A stretch of 64,000 nt of DNA from Octopus sinensis (Eukaryota): positions 67,952,001-68,016,000 of the forward strand of contig NC_043010.1 of the NCBI RefSeq assembly GCF_006345805.1, written 5' to 3'. Position 1 is the first letter of the stretch; each line of letters opens with the position of its first letter. Position numbers and translations under genes: made by a program. The notes under the pieces were generated by a model. It was not told the DNA's origin and did not search any database. It saw only the letters and a program-made list of their open reading frames with translations. Below, piece by piece: positions 23,949 to 37,487 of this stretch.

Positions 23949-24630
23949 GCATACACACACGCGTATATATATTTGCAATACTTTATTTGATGAACGTGTT
24001 CGTGTGTACGGAAAAGAAATGGGGATAGCCTGCCCTTTTTTCTTTCCCGTTCCTTTCATTTTTATTTTGCGTAATGTGTATGTAGTAGGGAATCGATCCA
24101 TTGTTCTACAGTAGGAAAGAACTTACACAATTCGCTACTTCTGTACCACCACCACCATCGCTATCATCATCATCATCATCATCATCAGTCATTATCACTA
24201 TTACCGTCATCGCTAGAATCATCATAATCAACGTCACCATCGTAATCATCATCATCGTTCCCTTCATTAACAGCCATCATCACTGCTGCTGACATCATCG
24301 CCCTAATTACCCTCCACCTCCCTTTCCCTTCCGCAGTCACCTCTTCCCCATCAACATCGATCCAACCAACCCTCCAACCCTTTCTGATCCTTTAATCCAC
24401 GCTCCGATGTTCGATAGTAGTTTGTGTGACTTAGTAGTTTTTATTGTTACGTTTCGAAGGCTTGCTGCTGCTGCTATTGTTAAATAATGTTCTGCCTGAA
24501 GGGCTGTTCGCTTGTCGCACACACTGCACACACACGCACATGCACCGTACTTCGTGACCCCAGTTTAGCAGCTCATGCCGCTGACGTGATTAGATCCTCG
24601 CCGCATAGCACTCGAAAAAATCCACACACT

Positions 24631-24661
<31 letters not shown>

Positions 24662-25054
24662 CCAGTTGGTGTTCGCGTTACGACGACAGCATACATACAT
24701 AACGCCCAAGCACATCCGCCGTGGCTTAAGGGTTTCGAATAAAGAAGGCCATTGTACAGCAATAGACATGTGTGACCTGTGTTCTTTCTTTACTCTGGGC
24801 CACTGGGGGGAACTTCTCGTTGGTCGCTCGAACTGGTAGAAAGAAGAAACAAGAGTCAAAAAATCTCCGTCCCCCCCCCTCTCGAATCACACCCTTTTTT
24901 TTGTTCTTTAAAAGGGGATGCTGTAGTCCCTTACATAATACTTAAGCACATACAGTGAATCGGTTGGTCACGGCTGGAATGCCTTCTACTCAGAGTTGTC
25001 TTGTGCTTAATGATTTGAATGTTTGCATGTGTGCTTTCATTCTCTGCGTGCGTC

Positions 25055-25497
25055 TGTATGTATGTATGTAGGTATGTATATGTATGTATATATATGTATA
25101 TATAAGAATGTGTATATATATATATATATGTGTATATGTGTGTGTGTATATATATATGTGTGTATATATATATATGTATATGTGTGTGTGTATATATATA
25201 TGTGTGTATATATATATGTATATGTGTGTGTGTATATATATATGTGTGTATATATATATGTATATGTGTGTGTGTATATATATATGTGTGTATATATATA
25301 TGTATATGTGTGTGTGTGTATATATATATATGTGTGTATATATATATGTATATGTGTGTGTATATATATATATATGTATATGTGTGTGTATATATATATA
25401 TATGTATATGTATGTGTGTATATATAAATGTATATATATATGTATGTGTGTATATATAAATGTATATATATATGTATGTATGTATATATATATATAC
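25055..25497. repeat. Compound (TA)/(TG) microsatellite with higher-order periodicity
   Basis: Visible; explains ORFs 24931-25593. Confidence 0.95.
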
Positions 25498-25655
25498 ACC
25501 ACCCCCTTTAACTTGCTGGTTCGGCAAAGAAGATCGATAGAGTACGTATCAGGGTCTAGAAAAATAAGCATTGGGGTTGATTTATATGACTAAACATTTC
25601 ATGGCAGTGCCCCAGCATGGTAGCTGCCTAATAACTAAAACATACATACATACAT

Positions 25656-25686
<31 letters not shown>

Positions 25687-26351
25687 CTTATGGGGTTCTA
25701 TGCTTTTTTGTATTTTCTCTTCTTTTTGTGTGTCTGTCTGTCTGTCTACTTATATTTGTCTATTTTTAAATCCTTCATCTGTCTCACTCACCTTTCTCTT
25801 TATTTTTTTTTTTAAACCCAAATCTTTTATGTCATCCCCACCCTCCCTCTTTAAGGCTGTCTGTCTCATCTTTCACTCACGAAACTCCCTTTTTTTTCCT
25901 TCTGTTTTCTTTTCTTTCTTTTTTTTTTTTTTATCTTACATCATTCCTCCTGTTTTCAGTCCCTCCCTTATATAATGATGTAATGATGCAGTTTACCCCG
26001 AAACCATCCCCCATCTTCAGCAATTCACTACAAACCTTTTCGTCTTCGTCTTTCAAATAAGCTCACCTGATTTTCATGCGACAGGAAGGACTCCCTCCCT
26101 CGAAAGGCTGTATGCTTTTGTTTATCCACATCAAACAACCTTTATCAATCAAAGCTACAAAATATTTGATTGCGTTCCTCAGCTGAGTGGTGGAGTATGA
26201 CTCAGAGTGCTATTACCCTTAGACCAGCAGTCTCTGACCTTTTATGCACCACGGACGTAAGTGCTAGAATGAAATTTGCTTAATGGGTGCAAACCCAGGT
26301 CCAAAATTTTTCACAAATGAGGTCGATTTTTCTCTCCCCCCCCCATCTTAA

Positions 26352-26572
26352 CCCTTTCATTACTAATCTGGCTGAAACCGACCCTGGCTCTATTGTACAA
26401 ATGTTTTGTTTTGATGAGTTTTGAATTAAAATCCTTCACCAACCCTTAGTCACAATTTATGTCCCTAACACTAGCTTAATGATAACTAAGTTATTTTACT
26501 AAATTCTTTGTTATATTTATAGTAACTGAAAGAGACGCAGAGCATCTCAAAATAAATACGGTAATGAAAGGG
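26352..26572 (-). mobile_element. piggyBac-type MITE family 1
   Basis: TTAA flanks, CCCTTTC...GAAAGGG termini, reverse complement of 11956-12175. Confidence 0.85.
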
Positions 26573-27358
26573 TTAATATCAAAACAAAACACAGTTATCT
26601 TTTTATCTTGTATCTTTTACTTGTTTCAGTCATTGGGCTGCTGCCATGTTGGGGCCAAAGAAGAATTTTTTAGTCAGATGTATTGATTCCAGTCTCCCTT
26701 TATTTTTTTTTAAAGCCTGGTACCTATTCTCTTTTGGTGAACCACTAAGTTACGGGGATGTAAACACATCAGCACTGCTAGCCAAACAGTGGTCACATAC
26801 ACACACACATACTCACACACACACACACACGCACGCACATGCACGATAGGCTTCTTTCAGTTTCTGTCTACCAAATCTACTCACAAGGCTTTGGTCAACT
26901 TGAAGCTAGAGTAGAAGACACTTGCTGAGGTGCCACGCAGTGGGACTGAACCTGGAACCGTGTCGTTGGGAAGCAATATGATAATTATTCTTATACTGGT
27001 GCATCAATCAGACCTGATAAATTCAATGATGGAAAAGTAATGTTTCAGATCAGACTAAAAATTTTATCTAAACTCCTTTGTTTCAGTGAAGTTTTTCAGG
27101 AAAGTTGTTCAAAGTATTTTCCTTGTCCCCTGCCCCAATTTTTAGGGTTGCACTTGCATCCCTTGTTCCCGAGCTTATGACTGCATACTGGTTTCATCCA
27201 AGACAATTTTTCTGCAGACCATGGCATCAGATGCACAACAAAACACAAAGTGCATAATATATGATTTAATTATTACGTACTCCAGCATGGTCGCAGTCAA
27301 ATGACTGAAACAAGTAATAGAATATAACACACACATAATGCAGAAACACAGATTGTGA

Positions 27359-27558
27359 TACTCTTTTACTTGTTTCAGTCATTTGACTGCGGCCATGCTG
27401 GAGCACCGCCTTTAGTCGAGCAAATCGACCCCGGGACTTATTCTTTGTAAGCCCAGTACTTATTCTATCGGTCTCTTTTGCCGAACCGCTATGTGACGGG
27501 GACATAAACACAACAGCATCGGTTGTCAAGCAATGCTAGGGGGACAAACACAGACACA

Positions 27559-27604
<46 letters not shown>

Positions 27605-27768
27605 CGACAGGCTTCTTTCAGTTTCCGTCTACCAAATTCACTCACAAGGCATTGGTCGGCCCAGGGCTATAGCAGAAGACACTTGCCCAAGATGCCACGC
27701 AGTGGGACTGAACCCGGAACCATGTGGTTGGTTAGCAAGCTACTTACTACACAGGCACTCCTGCGCCT
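27359..27768 (-). mobile_element. SINE family A, full length
   Basis: Reverse complement of 40019-40415. Confidence 0.9.
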
Positions 27769-28009
27769 AGTCAATTAAATAGAAATATAATTTCGAAATC
27801 TATTACTTCTGTGCAGTCTGGTGACAAACGATCCATGACCTGGTACTTACTGGTCTGTAGCCTCGTATTTGATGACCCTGTGTTTAACAGTTAGAACAGT
27901 GTTAGCTTATCTTTACTTTGTATTATTGAACAACCCGTAGCTGTGTTGTTAGTGTTGAGGACGGTATTTGAGTGTTAAACAAATAACTGCTTCAACTATT
28001 ATTTAAATG

Positions 28010-28272
28010 AACCAGTTGCCAGCCTCGTCTGGCCCCCGTGCCGGTGGCACGTAAAAAGCACCACCCGATCGTGGCCGTTTTGCCATCCTCCTCTGGCACC
28101 TGTGCAGGTGGCACATAAAAAGCACCCACTACACTCTCGGAGTGGTTGGCGTTAGGAAGGGCATCCAGCTGTAGAAGCACTGCCAGATCAGACTGGAGCC
28201 TGGTGCAGCGTCCTGGCTTCCCAGACCCCGGTCGAACCGTCCAACGGACGTTAAACGATGATGATGATGATG
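28010..28272 (+). mobile_element. SINE family C, 3' part with internal repeats and (GAT)n tail
   Basis: gtgccggtggcacgtaaaaagcacc units; ends ggacgttaaacgatgatgatgatgatga. Confidence 0.85.
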
Positions 28273-28965
28273 AAGGGAGATATGATAACTTCTCTTTCTG
28301 TTGTTACTAGAATTGGTTAAATAAATACCTGGTCATAATGAACTCCCTGTGTGATTTCAAATTTGTATCATTCTGTAGCTTTCTGTCCTTTTTGTCTTGT
28401 ACATGTTTCAGTCATTGGCTTGTGGCCATGTTGGGGCTCTGTCTTCAACGATTTAGTTGAACAAATCTACCCCGGTACTTTTTGTTTTTAAAGCGTGGTA
28501 CTTATTCTATCAATCTCGTTTTGTCAAACTGCCAAGTTACAGGGACCCTAAACAAACCAACACCAGCTTGTCAAGCTGTGATGGGGGACAAACATAACAC
28601 AAAGACACACCCATGTATATGATGGGCTTCTTTGAGTTTCCACCTATTAAATTTACTCAGACAGAAGGCTTTGGTCAGCTTGGGGCTATTGTAGCTTGGA
28701 CGCTTGTCCAGATGCCACCTTGTGGAACTGAACTGAACCGAAGACTCACCTTTGAGAAACCAGTTTCTTAACCACACAATCTATGATAGAATTGCATTCT
28801 CTTGAATTACGATCACAAACTAAAATTGAAAATAAATATTGACACCATATTTTTCTTAATATCCAAGTAGATGTGTTGAATAAATTGCCAACCCTCTTTT
28901 CTCTTTGCTTTTGTTTTCCTTCCAAAAGTTTCTTTGAGCTTTTATAAATGCACAGCCACGCCTGT

Positions 28966-29170
28966 AGGTATAGGAAGTGGCTGTGTGGTAAGAAGCTTGC
29001 TTACCAACCACATGGTTCCAGGTTCAGTCCCACTGCATGGCTTCTTGGGCAGATGTCTTCTCTGATATATCCTTGGGCCGACCAATGCCATATGAGTGGA
29101 TTTGGTCAATGAAAACCGAAAGAAGCCTGTTGTATGTATGTATGTATGTATGTATTTATATATATATCAT

Positions 29171-29220
<50 letters not shown>

Positions 29221-29410
29221 GTATTTGTGTGTCTGCATTTGTCCCCCCACTGTCGCTTAACAACCGGTGTCGGTGTGTTTTGCAGTTCAGCAAAAGAAAC
29301 CGATAGAATAAGTACTAGGCTTACAAAGAATAAGTCCTGGGGTCGATTTGTTCGATTAAAGGTGGTGCTCCAGCATGGCCACAGTCAAATGACTGAAACA
29401 AGTAAAAGGA
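28966..29410 (+). mobile_element. SINE family A
   Basis: Same head, centre and tail as the other copies. Confidence 0.85.
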
Positions 29411-29537
29411 AAAAAATAATAAACAAACCAAATAGGGCAATAGCTTTTCAAATTCTGCACATCTACATAAGTGTCTCCTCGCCTTCCCAGTCCTGAAGTT
29501 GGTGGTCACTCTCATATCCATACTGACACACATCACA

Positions 29538-29902
29538 TCTATTATACAAAATCCATTCTGTCTGTGTGTGTGTGTGTGTGTCTTCTAGTATGTCGGGCAT
29601 CCTCCATCTGATTGCGCTCAAATTTGATAAGTAGATACCAACGGTATCAGGGCGTGTATAAGTCTTGAAAAAATTACAAAAATTGATTCCAGGTGAGAAT
29701 GCGATTGATAAAGCCATGGGAACATGCATTTGTATGCACAAGTACATCATCTGTTGCGATCGATACTACGCGTACACGAGAAAAATGCACGGTGTCTCAA
29801 ATTTAGGTTAAATCAGTGTTTCTCAAAGGGGAGGCCTATGGGATGGTTGGACAAGTTGTTTTGAGAAAATTTGGTTTAGATGTTTGACAACTCAGCACCG
29901 TC
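29538..29902 (+). mobile_element. Non-autonomous Helitron-like element, copy 2
   Basis: A|TCtattatacaaaatcc start; both ends match 2647-3179. Confidence 0.55.
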
Positions 29903-29962
29903 CATTGGATGGTGGGTGTTTTGCTCGTATATCTATAAAAATGAAACTCGAAACAGACATTA

Positions 29963-29993
<31 letters not shown>

Positions 29994-30226
29994 ATCCACT
30001 AAATTTTTTTGTTTTTCCTTTCTTTACATTAAATTCCAATATAATTGTAATCTACACCATCTGAAAGGTATTTGTAGAAAATTTCATTAAGGAAATATAA
30101 ATTTTTCTGAAAGTTATGAGGAAACAGTTGACTTGTGGGAATTATCTGAAACTCCTCTGTATACCAAATTCATTCATAAGGCTTTGGTAGATAGAAATTG
30201 AAAGAGGCCTCTCATGTGTGTGTGTA

Positions 30227-30281
<55 letters not shown>

Positions 30282-30636
30282 GATATGTATATCATTATTA
30301 TTTAATGTCCATGCTATTCTTTTTTTATGTTACAGTCATTTGACTGTGGCCTTACTGGAGCACTGCCTTAAAGGGGTTTAGTCAAACAAATCGATCTCAA
30401 GACTTATTTTTTAAAGCCTAGTACTTAATTGGTCAGTTTTGCTGAACTGCTAAGTTATGGGGGACCTAGATACACCAACATTGGTTGTCAACTGGTGATG
30501 GGTTGGGGTGGCACGCATGCATACACACACACACACGCACGCATACACACACATGATGAGCTTCTTCCAGTTTCTGTATACCGAATCCACTCACAAGGCT
30601 TTGGTTGGCCTGAGGCTGTATTGGAAGACATGTATA

Positions 30637-31858
30637 TCAGATTGAGTAAAAAGTAAGCAACATATTCAACCATGAAGAATTTGTACCAGATTTTTGCAGA
30701 GTTTTGAATTTTTTAAAACATTTTTTTTTGCAGTTGTCTGATAATACAGACATAGACTTTCCCAAATGCATCAATAAATTAACATTGATATTTTCTTCAC
30801 TGTTGTGACAATCATCTGAAATGGAACTGTCAAAGCGCGATATTCGAGCAATTTTGTTATTCAACTTCAAAAAAGGACGTAAAACAGCTGAAGCTGCTTG
30901 CAATATCAACGAAACATTTGGTGAGGAAATGACCAGTGAGTGGTCAGCTTGTAAATGGTTTAAATGATTTTGCAGTGGAGACCTGAGCCTTGAAAATTCT
31001 GAGCGTAGTGGACGCCCATCTGTCATCAATGATGGTCAATTAAGGACTGTCATTGAGAAAGATCCACGTAAAACCACTCGAGAACTGGCAAAAGAACTTC
31101 AAGTTAGCCAGAAAACTGCCTGCAACCATTTGCATGTGATCGGAAAGTCAAAAAAGCTCGGCAAATGGATACCACACGATTTGAATGAAAGTCAGAAAAT
31201 GCGCAGATATGAAATTTGCTCGTCGCTTCTTCCCTGTAACCAGACTGATCCATTTCTTGATTGTATTGTAACTTGCGATGAAAAGTGGATTCTGTACAAT
31301 AAAAAAAAAAAAATGCTCTTTGCAGTGGTTGGGCCAAAACGAAACTCTGAAAACCTTCCCTAAACCTGAGCTCTTCAAAAAGGTTATGGTGATTGTTTGG
31401 TGGTGTACTGCTGAACTAATCCACTATAACTTCTTAAAACCTGGAGAAACCATTACTGCAGAAACATATTGCCATGAAATTGCCAAAAATGAATACAAAA
31501 CTGCTGGTCAACAGGAGAGGGCCAATCATTCTTCATGACAATGCTCGACCACACGTTTCATTAATGACGCTCCAGAAGTTGAGGGAACTTGGCTACAAAG
31601 TTCTTCCCCTTCCAGCTTAATCCCCAGCCCTTTCTCCTACCGACTACCACCTCAAAACTCAAACCGATGCTGAAAGTGCGTTAAGAGTTCATGAGCTCCA
31701 GAACTTTATGATACTGGAATAAACAAACTTGTAAGCTGTTGGCAAAAATTTGTTGATTGTAATGGTACTTAATTTGATGAATAAAATTTCTGCATTGTTG
31801 AAATATATAGTGATGAATTTCATGTTTCAAAATGTTGCTTGCTTTTTACTCAGCCTGA
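30637..31858 (+). mobile_element. Defective mariner transposon (full length, 1222 bp); transposase pseudogene from ATG 30821
   Basis: TIRs tcagattgagtaaaaagtaagcaacat / atgttgcttgctttttactcagcctga; TA at 30635-30636 and 31859-31860. Translation contains MELSKRDIRAILL, RSGRP, WIPHDL, TCDEKWILY and HDNARPH, with stops and frameshifts. Confidence 0.95.
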
Positions 31859-32244
31859 TACATATGCACACGCAAACACACGATGGGCCTCTTTCTGTTA
31901 ACCAAATCCACTCACAAGACCTTGATTGACCTAAGGCTGTGGTAGAAGACACTTGCCCAAGGAGCCTTGCAGTGAGACTGAACCTGGAACCATGTAGTTG
32001 GAAAGCAAGCTTCTTACACACAGCCACGTCTGAAATATTTTAGATCACATCTGATCCTCAGACAAAGGCAATAGTGGGAAACCTGTTTTCTATCTTGCAC
32101 CCATGACTGTATTCTAGCTGTGGGGCAGTCTGTACCTTGTGAGTGAAGAAAATGGTTGACAGAAAGTGAGGAAGTTCATCATGTGTGTGCTCTGTCCCAA
32201 TGTGTTGCATCCTGTGCAAGTGTCATCTAATATATCCCTAGGCT

Positions 32245-32640
32245 AGCCGCCCGACTGGAATCCGTGCCGGTGGCACGTAAAAGGCACCATCCGACTGTGG
32301 CCGTTGCCAGCTTCCTCTGGTCCCCGTGCCGGTGGCACGTAAAAAGAACCATCCGACCGTGGCCGTTGCCAGCTTCCTCTGGTCCCCGTGCCGGTGGCAC
32401 GTAAAAAGCACCATCCGATCGTGGCCGTTTGCCAGCCTCGTCTGGCACCTGTGCCGGTGGCACATAAAAAGCACCCACTACACTCACGGAGTGGTTGGCG
32501 TTAGGAAGGGCATCCAACTGTAGAAACACTGCCAGATCAGACTGGGCCTGGTGCAGCCTTCTGGCTTCCCAGACCCCAGTCGAACTGTCCAACCCATGCC
32601 AGCATGGAAAGCAGACGTTAAACGATGATGATGATGATGA
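32245..32640 (+). mobile_element. SINE family C with four internal ~60-bp repeats
   Basis: gtgccggtggcac(g/a)taaaa four times, then the common 3' end and (GAT)n. Confidence 0.85.
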
Positions 32641-32701
32641 TATATATATCATCATCATCGTTTAATGTCTGTTTTCCATGATAGCTTGGGTTGGACGATT
32701 T

Positions 32702-35700
32702 GACTGGGGTCTGGGAAGCCAGAAAGCTGCTCTAGGCTCCAGTCTGATCTGGCAGTGTTTCTACAGCTGGATGCCCCGTCCAACCCATGCTAGCATGGAA
32801 AACGGATGTTAAATGATGATGATATATATCCCAAGACTTTGGTTGAGCTGGGGCTATAATATAAGAAGACACTTGCTCCAGGTACCATGTAGTGATACTA
32901 GACCAGGAACCATGTGGTTGGGAAACGGACCACCCAGCCACACTTGCATCTAAGCCATAAAATCTTGCCGAATTTACTCCCTGTCCAAACCCTTGCTAGC
33001 CTAGAAAAACGGACGTTGATCGAATGAATGCAATGAACACATAAATACAGAGCAAAGTGGGCATCCAGCTAACCCTATCAGAAATGGAAATGAATGGGCA
33101 AAAGTGAGTGAATTTGGTTAGGCATGGCTGTGTGGTGAGTAGCTTGCTTACCAACCACATGGTTCTGGGTTCAGTCCGACTGCATGGCACCTTGGACAAG
33201 TGTCTGCTACTAGAGCCTTGTGAGTGGATTTGGTAGATGGAAACTAAAAGAAGCCTCCATATATAAATATATATGTATGTCTGTCTTTGTCTCACCATCG
33301 CTTGACAACTGATGGTGGTGTGTTTACATCCCTGTAACTTAGCGGTTTGGCAAAAATATTGATAGAATAAGTACTAAGCCTATAAAAAGCAAGTTTTGGG
33401 GTTGATTTGTTTGACTAAAGGCAGTGCTCCAGCATGGCTGCAGTCAAATGACTGAAACAAAAGAATAAAAGAATGTGTGTATGTTTGTCCTCCTGCACTT
33501 GGCAACAGATTTTTGTTAGTTTACATCCGCCCCTAATTTAGCAATTCCCTGAAAATGACTGATCGAATATGTACCAGTTTTAAAAATTAAAATAACTTAC
33601 TAGTGTCAATTTATTCAGCTAAATCTTTGAAGGTGGTGGTGCCCCAGCATGACCACAATCCAATGACTGAAACAATTTAAAGATAAGACAGTAAATGACT
33701 GTAATATCTTCTTGTATGTTTTGTACATGTGTAGGTGTATCCATATATAGATGTATTAGACGTGTACGTGGTGAATGTATGCTTTCCTAGTAGCATGGCT
33801 TTTGTATAATTATTTATACAAGGGGTGTACTAAGAATGCTTTTGTGTGTCTAGAACACAGATAGATGTTCACTTTGAGAAAAAGGTCTGTGTATGCATGT
33901 CTTATGAGTAGATCTGTAATTCCTCAGTTTAGTTTGGTTTGGTTTGGTTTGTAATGCTAATACTTGGTTTCTTAATCACATGTCTGTCTGTCTCTTCCGG
34001 ATGATGTCATCTGTCCTCGTTGGTATCAGTGTTGCAGATGACTACAGCCAGCATGTCACCACTGTTGGTATTAATGCTGTGTGTTCAGAGTGGTGTAGTG
34101 AGTGTGTATGTGTGTGTGTGGTTAGAAGCTTGCTTCCTATATACTTGGTTCCAGGTACAATTCCACTGTGACACCATGAGTGAGTATCATCATCATCATC
34201 GTTTAACATCCGTTTTCCGTGCTAGCACGGGTTGGACGGTTCAACTGGGGTCTGGGAAGCCAGAAAGCTGCTCTAGGCTCCAGTCTGATCTGGCAGTGTT
34301 TCTACAGCTGGATGCCCCGTCCAACCCATGCTAGCATGGAAAACGGATGTTAAATGATGATGATATATATCCCAAGACTTGGTTGAGCTGGGGCTATAAT
34401 ATAAGAAGACACTTGCTCCAGGTACCATGTAGTGATACTAGACCAGGAACCATGTGGTTGGGAAACGGACCACCCAGCCACACTTGCATCTAAGCCATAA
34501 AATCTTGCCGGATTTACTCCCTGTCCAAACCCTTGCTAGCCTAGAAAAACGGACGTTGATCGAATGAATGCAATGAACACATAAATACAGAGCAAAGTGG
34601 GCATCCAGCTAACCCTATCAGAAATGGAAATGAATGGGCAAAAGTGAGTGAATTTGGTTAGGCATGGCTGTGTGGTGAGTAGCTTGCTTACCAACCACAT
34701 GGGTTCAGTCCGACTGCATGGCACCTTGGACAAGTGTCTGCTACTAGAGCCTTGTGAGTGGATTTGGTAGATGGAAACTAAAAGAAGCCTCCATATATAA
34801 ATATATATGTATGTCTGTCTTTGTCTCACCATCGCTTGACAACTGATGGTGGTGTGTTTACATCCCTGTAACTTAGCGGTTTGGCAAAAATATTGATAGA
34901 ATAAGTACTAAGCCTATAAAAAGCAAGTTTTGGGGTTGATTTGTTTGACTAAAGGCAGTGCTCCAGCATGGCTGCAGTCAAATGACTGAAACAAAAGAAT
35001 AAAAGAATGTGTGTATGTTTGTCCTCCTGCACTTGGCAACAGATTTTTGTTAGTTTACATCCGCCCCTAATTTAGCAATTCCCTGAAAATGACTGATCGA
35101 ATATGTACCAGTTTTAAAAATTAAAATAACTTACTAGTGTCAATTTATTCAGCTAAATCTTTGAAGGTGGTGGTGCCCCAGCATGACCACAATCCAATGA
35201 CTGAAACAATTTAAAGATAAGACAGTAAATGACTGTAATATCTTCTTGTATGTTTTGTACATGTGTAGGTGTATCCATATATAGATGTATTAGACGTGTA
35301 CGTGGTGAATGTATGCTTTCCTAGTAGCATGGCTTTTGTATAATTATTTATACAAGGGGTGTACTAAGAATGCTTTTGTGTGTCTAGAACACAGATAGAT
35401 GTTCACTTTGAGAAAAAGGTCTGTGTATGCATGTCTTATGAGTAGATCTGTAATTCCTCAGTTTAGTTTGGTTTGGTTTGGTTTGTAATGCTAATACTTG
35501 GTTTCTTAATCACATGTCTGTCTGTCTCTTCCGGATGATGTCATCTGTCCTCGTTGGTATCAGTGTTGCAGATGACTACAGCCAGCATGTCACCACTGTT
35601 GGTATTAATGCTGTGTGTTCAGAGTGGTGTAGTGAGTGTGTATGTGTGTGTGTGGTTAGAAGCTTGCTTCCTATATACTTGGTTCCAGGTACAATTCCAC

Positions 35701-35797
35701 TGTGACACCATGAGTGAGTATCATCATCATCATCGTTTAACATCCGTTTTCCGTGCTAGCACGGGTTGGACGGTTCAACTGGGGTCTGGGAAGCCAG
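32702..35797. repeat. Tandem duplication, unit ~1.54 kb, nearly identical copies
   Basis: Offset 1540, then 1534 after a 6-nt deletion in copy 2 (ccacatggttctgggttc vs ccacatgggttc); duplicated ORFs 32996/34536 and 33944/35478. Confidence 0.95.
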
Positions 35798-36473
35798 GCT
35801 CCAGTCTGATCTGGCAGTGTTCCTACAGCTGGGTGCCCTTCTTAACGCCAATCACTCCATGAGTGTAGTGGATGCTTTTTACGTGCCACTGGCACAGATG
35901 CCAGGGGAGGCTGGCAGTGGCCACGATCGGTTGGTGCTTTTTACGTGCCACCAGCACAGAAGCCAGTCAAAGCGGCGCTGGCATCGGCCACATTCGAATG
36001 GTGCTTTGGGCTGACCAAAGCTTTCTTTGTGAGTTTGTGTGTGTATCTGTGCTTTGTCTCCCACCACTGCTTGACAGTTGATGTTGGTGTGTTTACATCC
36101 CTGTAACTTAGTGGTTCAGCAAAAGAGACTGATAGAATAAGTACTGGGGTCAATTTATTTGGCTAAAAATTCAAGGCAATGCCCTAGCATGGCCACAGAC
36201 TAATGATTGAAACAAATAAAAGATGAAAGATGTATATCATTTACTTGTTTCAGTCATTTGTCTATGGCCATGCTGGGGTCCTGCCTTGAAAAGTCGTAGT
36301 CAAACAAATCAAATCTCATATTATTCTGCCGGTCTCTTGTACTGAACTACTAAGTTATGAGGACACAAACGAACCAACATCAGTTGACAAATGATAGTGG
36401 GAAAGCAAAGACACACACACACAAATATATCATATAGATAAAATACACACACACACACACACACGGATATATA

Positions 36474-37487
36474 CTGGTGTGGAGAACAAACTCTCTAATT
36501 AACGCAAAATTGAAAATATTACTGACATCTCATTTTAACAGATATATTTACCAAAATTACATAAAAATAATTCGAAATAATAAAGAGTAAATTTATTCAA
36601 TAAAATCACCATTGGCTTCAACCATGGCCTCCAGATGACTTCGGAATCCTCTGCAACTCTTCTGAACGGTCTCCTTGCCTTCAGTTAATCTTTGGATTTA
36701 CAAGGAGTTTTGTTAGTCTCTTGCTCAACTGTGCCCAACACACAATAATCAAGGGAGTTGCAAAGCGGGGACTTAGGTTACGAGATGTTAGGGTTGATGT
36801 GGCTGCAGATATTGTCTGCCAGCCATGACTAGGTTCTCCTGCTTGTGTAGTATGTTGCAGAGTCCTGTTGCCTCTCTTGACTCAGGGCAGCACTATCTCC
36901 TCCAAGCACTTGATGTAGGCCTCCGTATTGAGTCTGAGGCCGTGTAGGAAGATGAATGGAGGCATAATGTCGCCATCACTAGTGATAACTCCAAACACCA
37001 TTTTTTTGACTGGATGTTAGATTTTTATTAACTTCGGTGCATGTTTTGGGGACATGGAAAACCAACAGTTGTTCTGTGTGTTCACCATCTGATCCTGGCA
37101 GAAACTTTTCACATCTGAGAAAAACCAAAGCATGTTCGGTTGGAGGAGATGCTTGAGTTTTTTCAAAAGCTTTGTAGCGCAGTCTTTCCTCTTGTCCTTG
37201 ATGGCTTAGGATAAAAACTGGCCCTTTCTCATCTTGTATGAGGAATACCGAATGTCTTTATGCACTATCTGCCTGATAAGGAACTCAGACACTCCCAGGT
37301 CCCTGATTGATTTGGAGGGATCATTGTCAATCATGGCCTGGATCTCACCAACAAATTCAGGAGTTCTTTTCTTATCAGAATGATCGGAGTGAGTTTTCCG
37401 AGCTGCCATACCTTCATAATCATCATTAGACTCACCCAACCCTTTCCGAATCCTCTGCACTGCCCTCAGATTGACACCCAAACACTC
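36474..37487 (-). mobile_element. Second defective DD37D (maT-type) transposon, 5'-truncated
   Basis: Homologous to 14590-15768; TA then terminal ctggtgtggagaac at 36474. The QQD...LDY segment is frameshift-free and shows 37-residue spacing, with in-frame stops. Confidence 0.9.

Noticed and set aside
26066-26106. Minus-strand mini-exon reading GRESFL (PDE4-like RRESFL)
   Set aside because: The following residues do not match and there is no other support.
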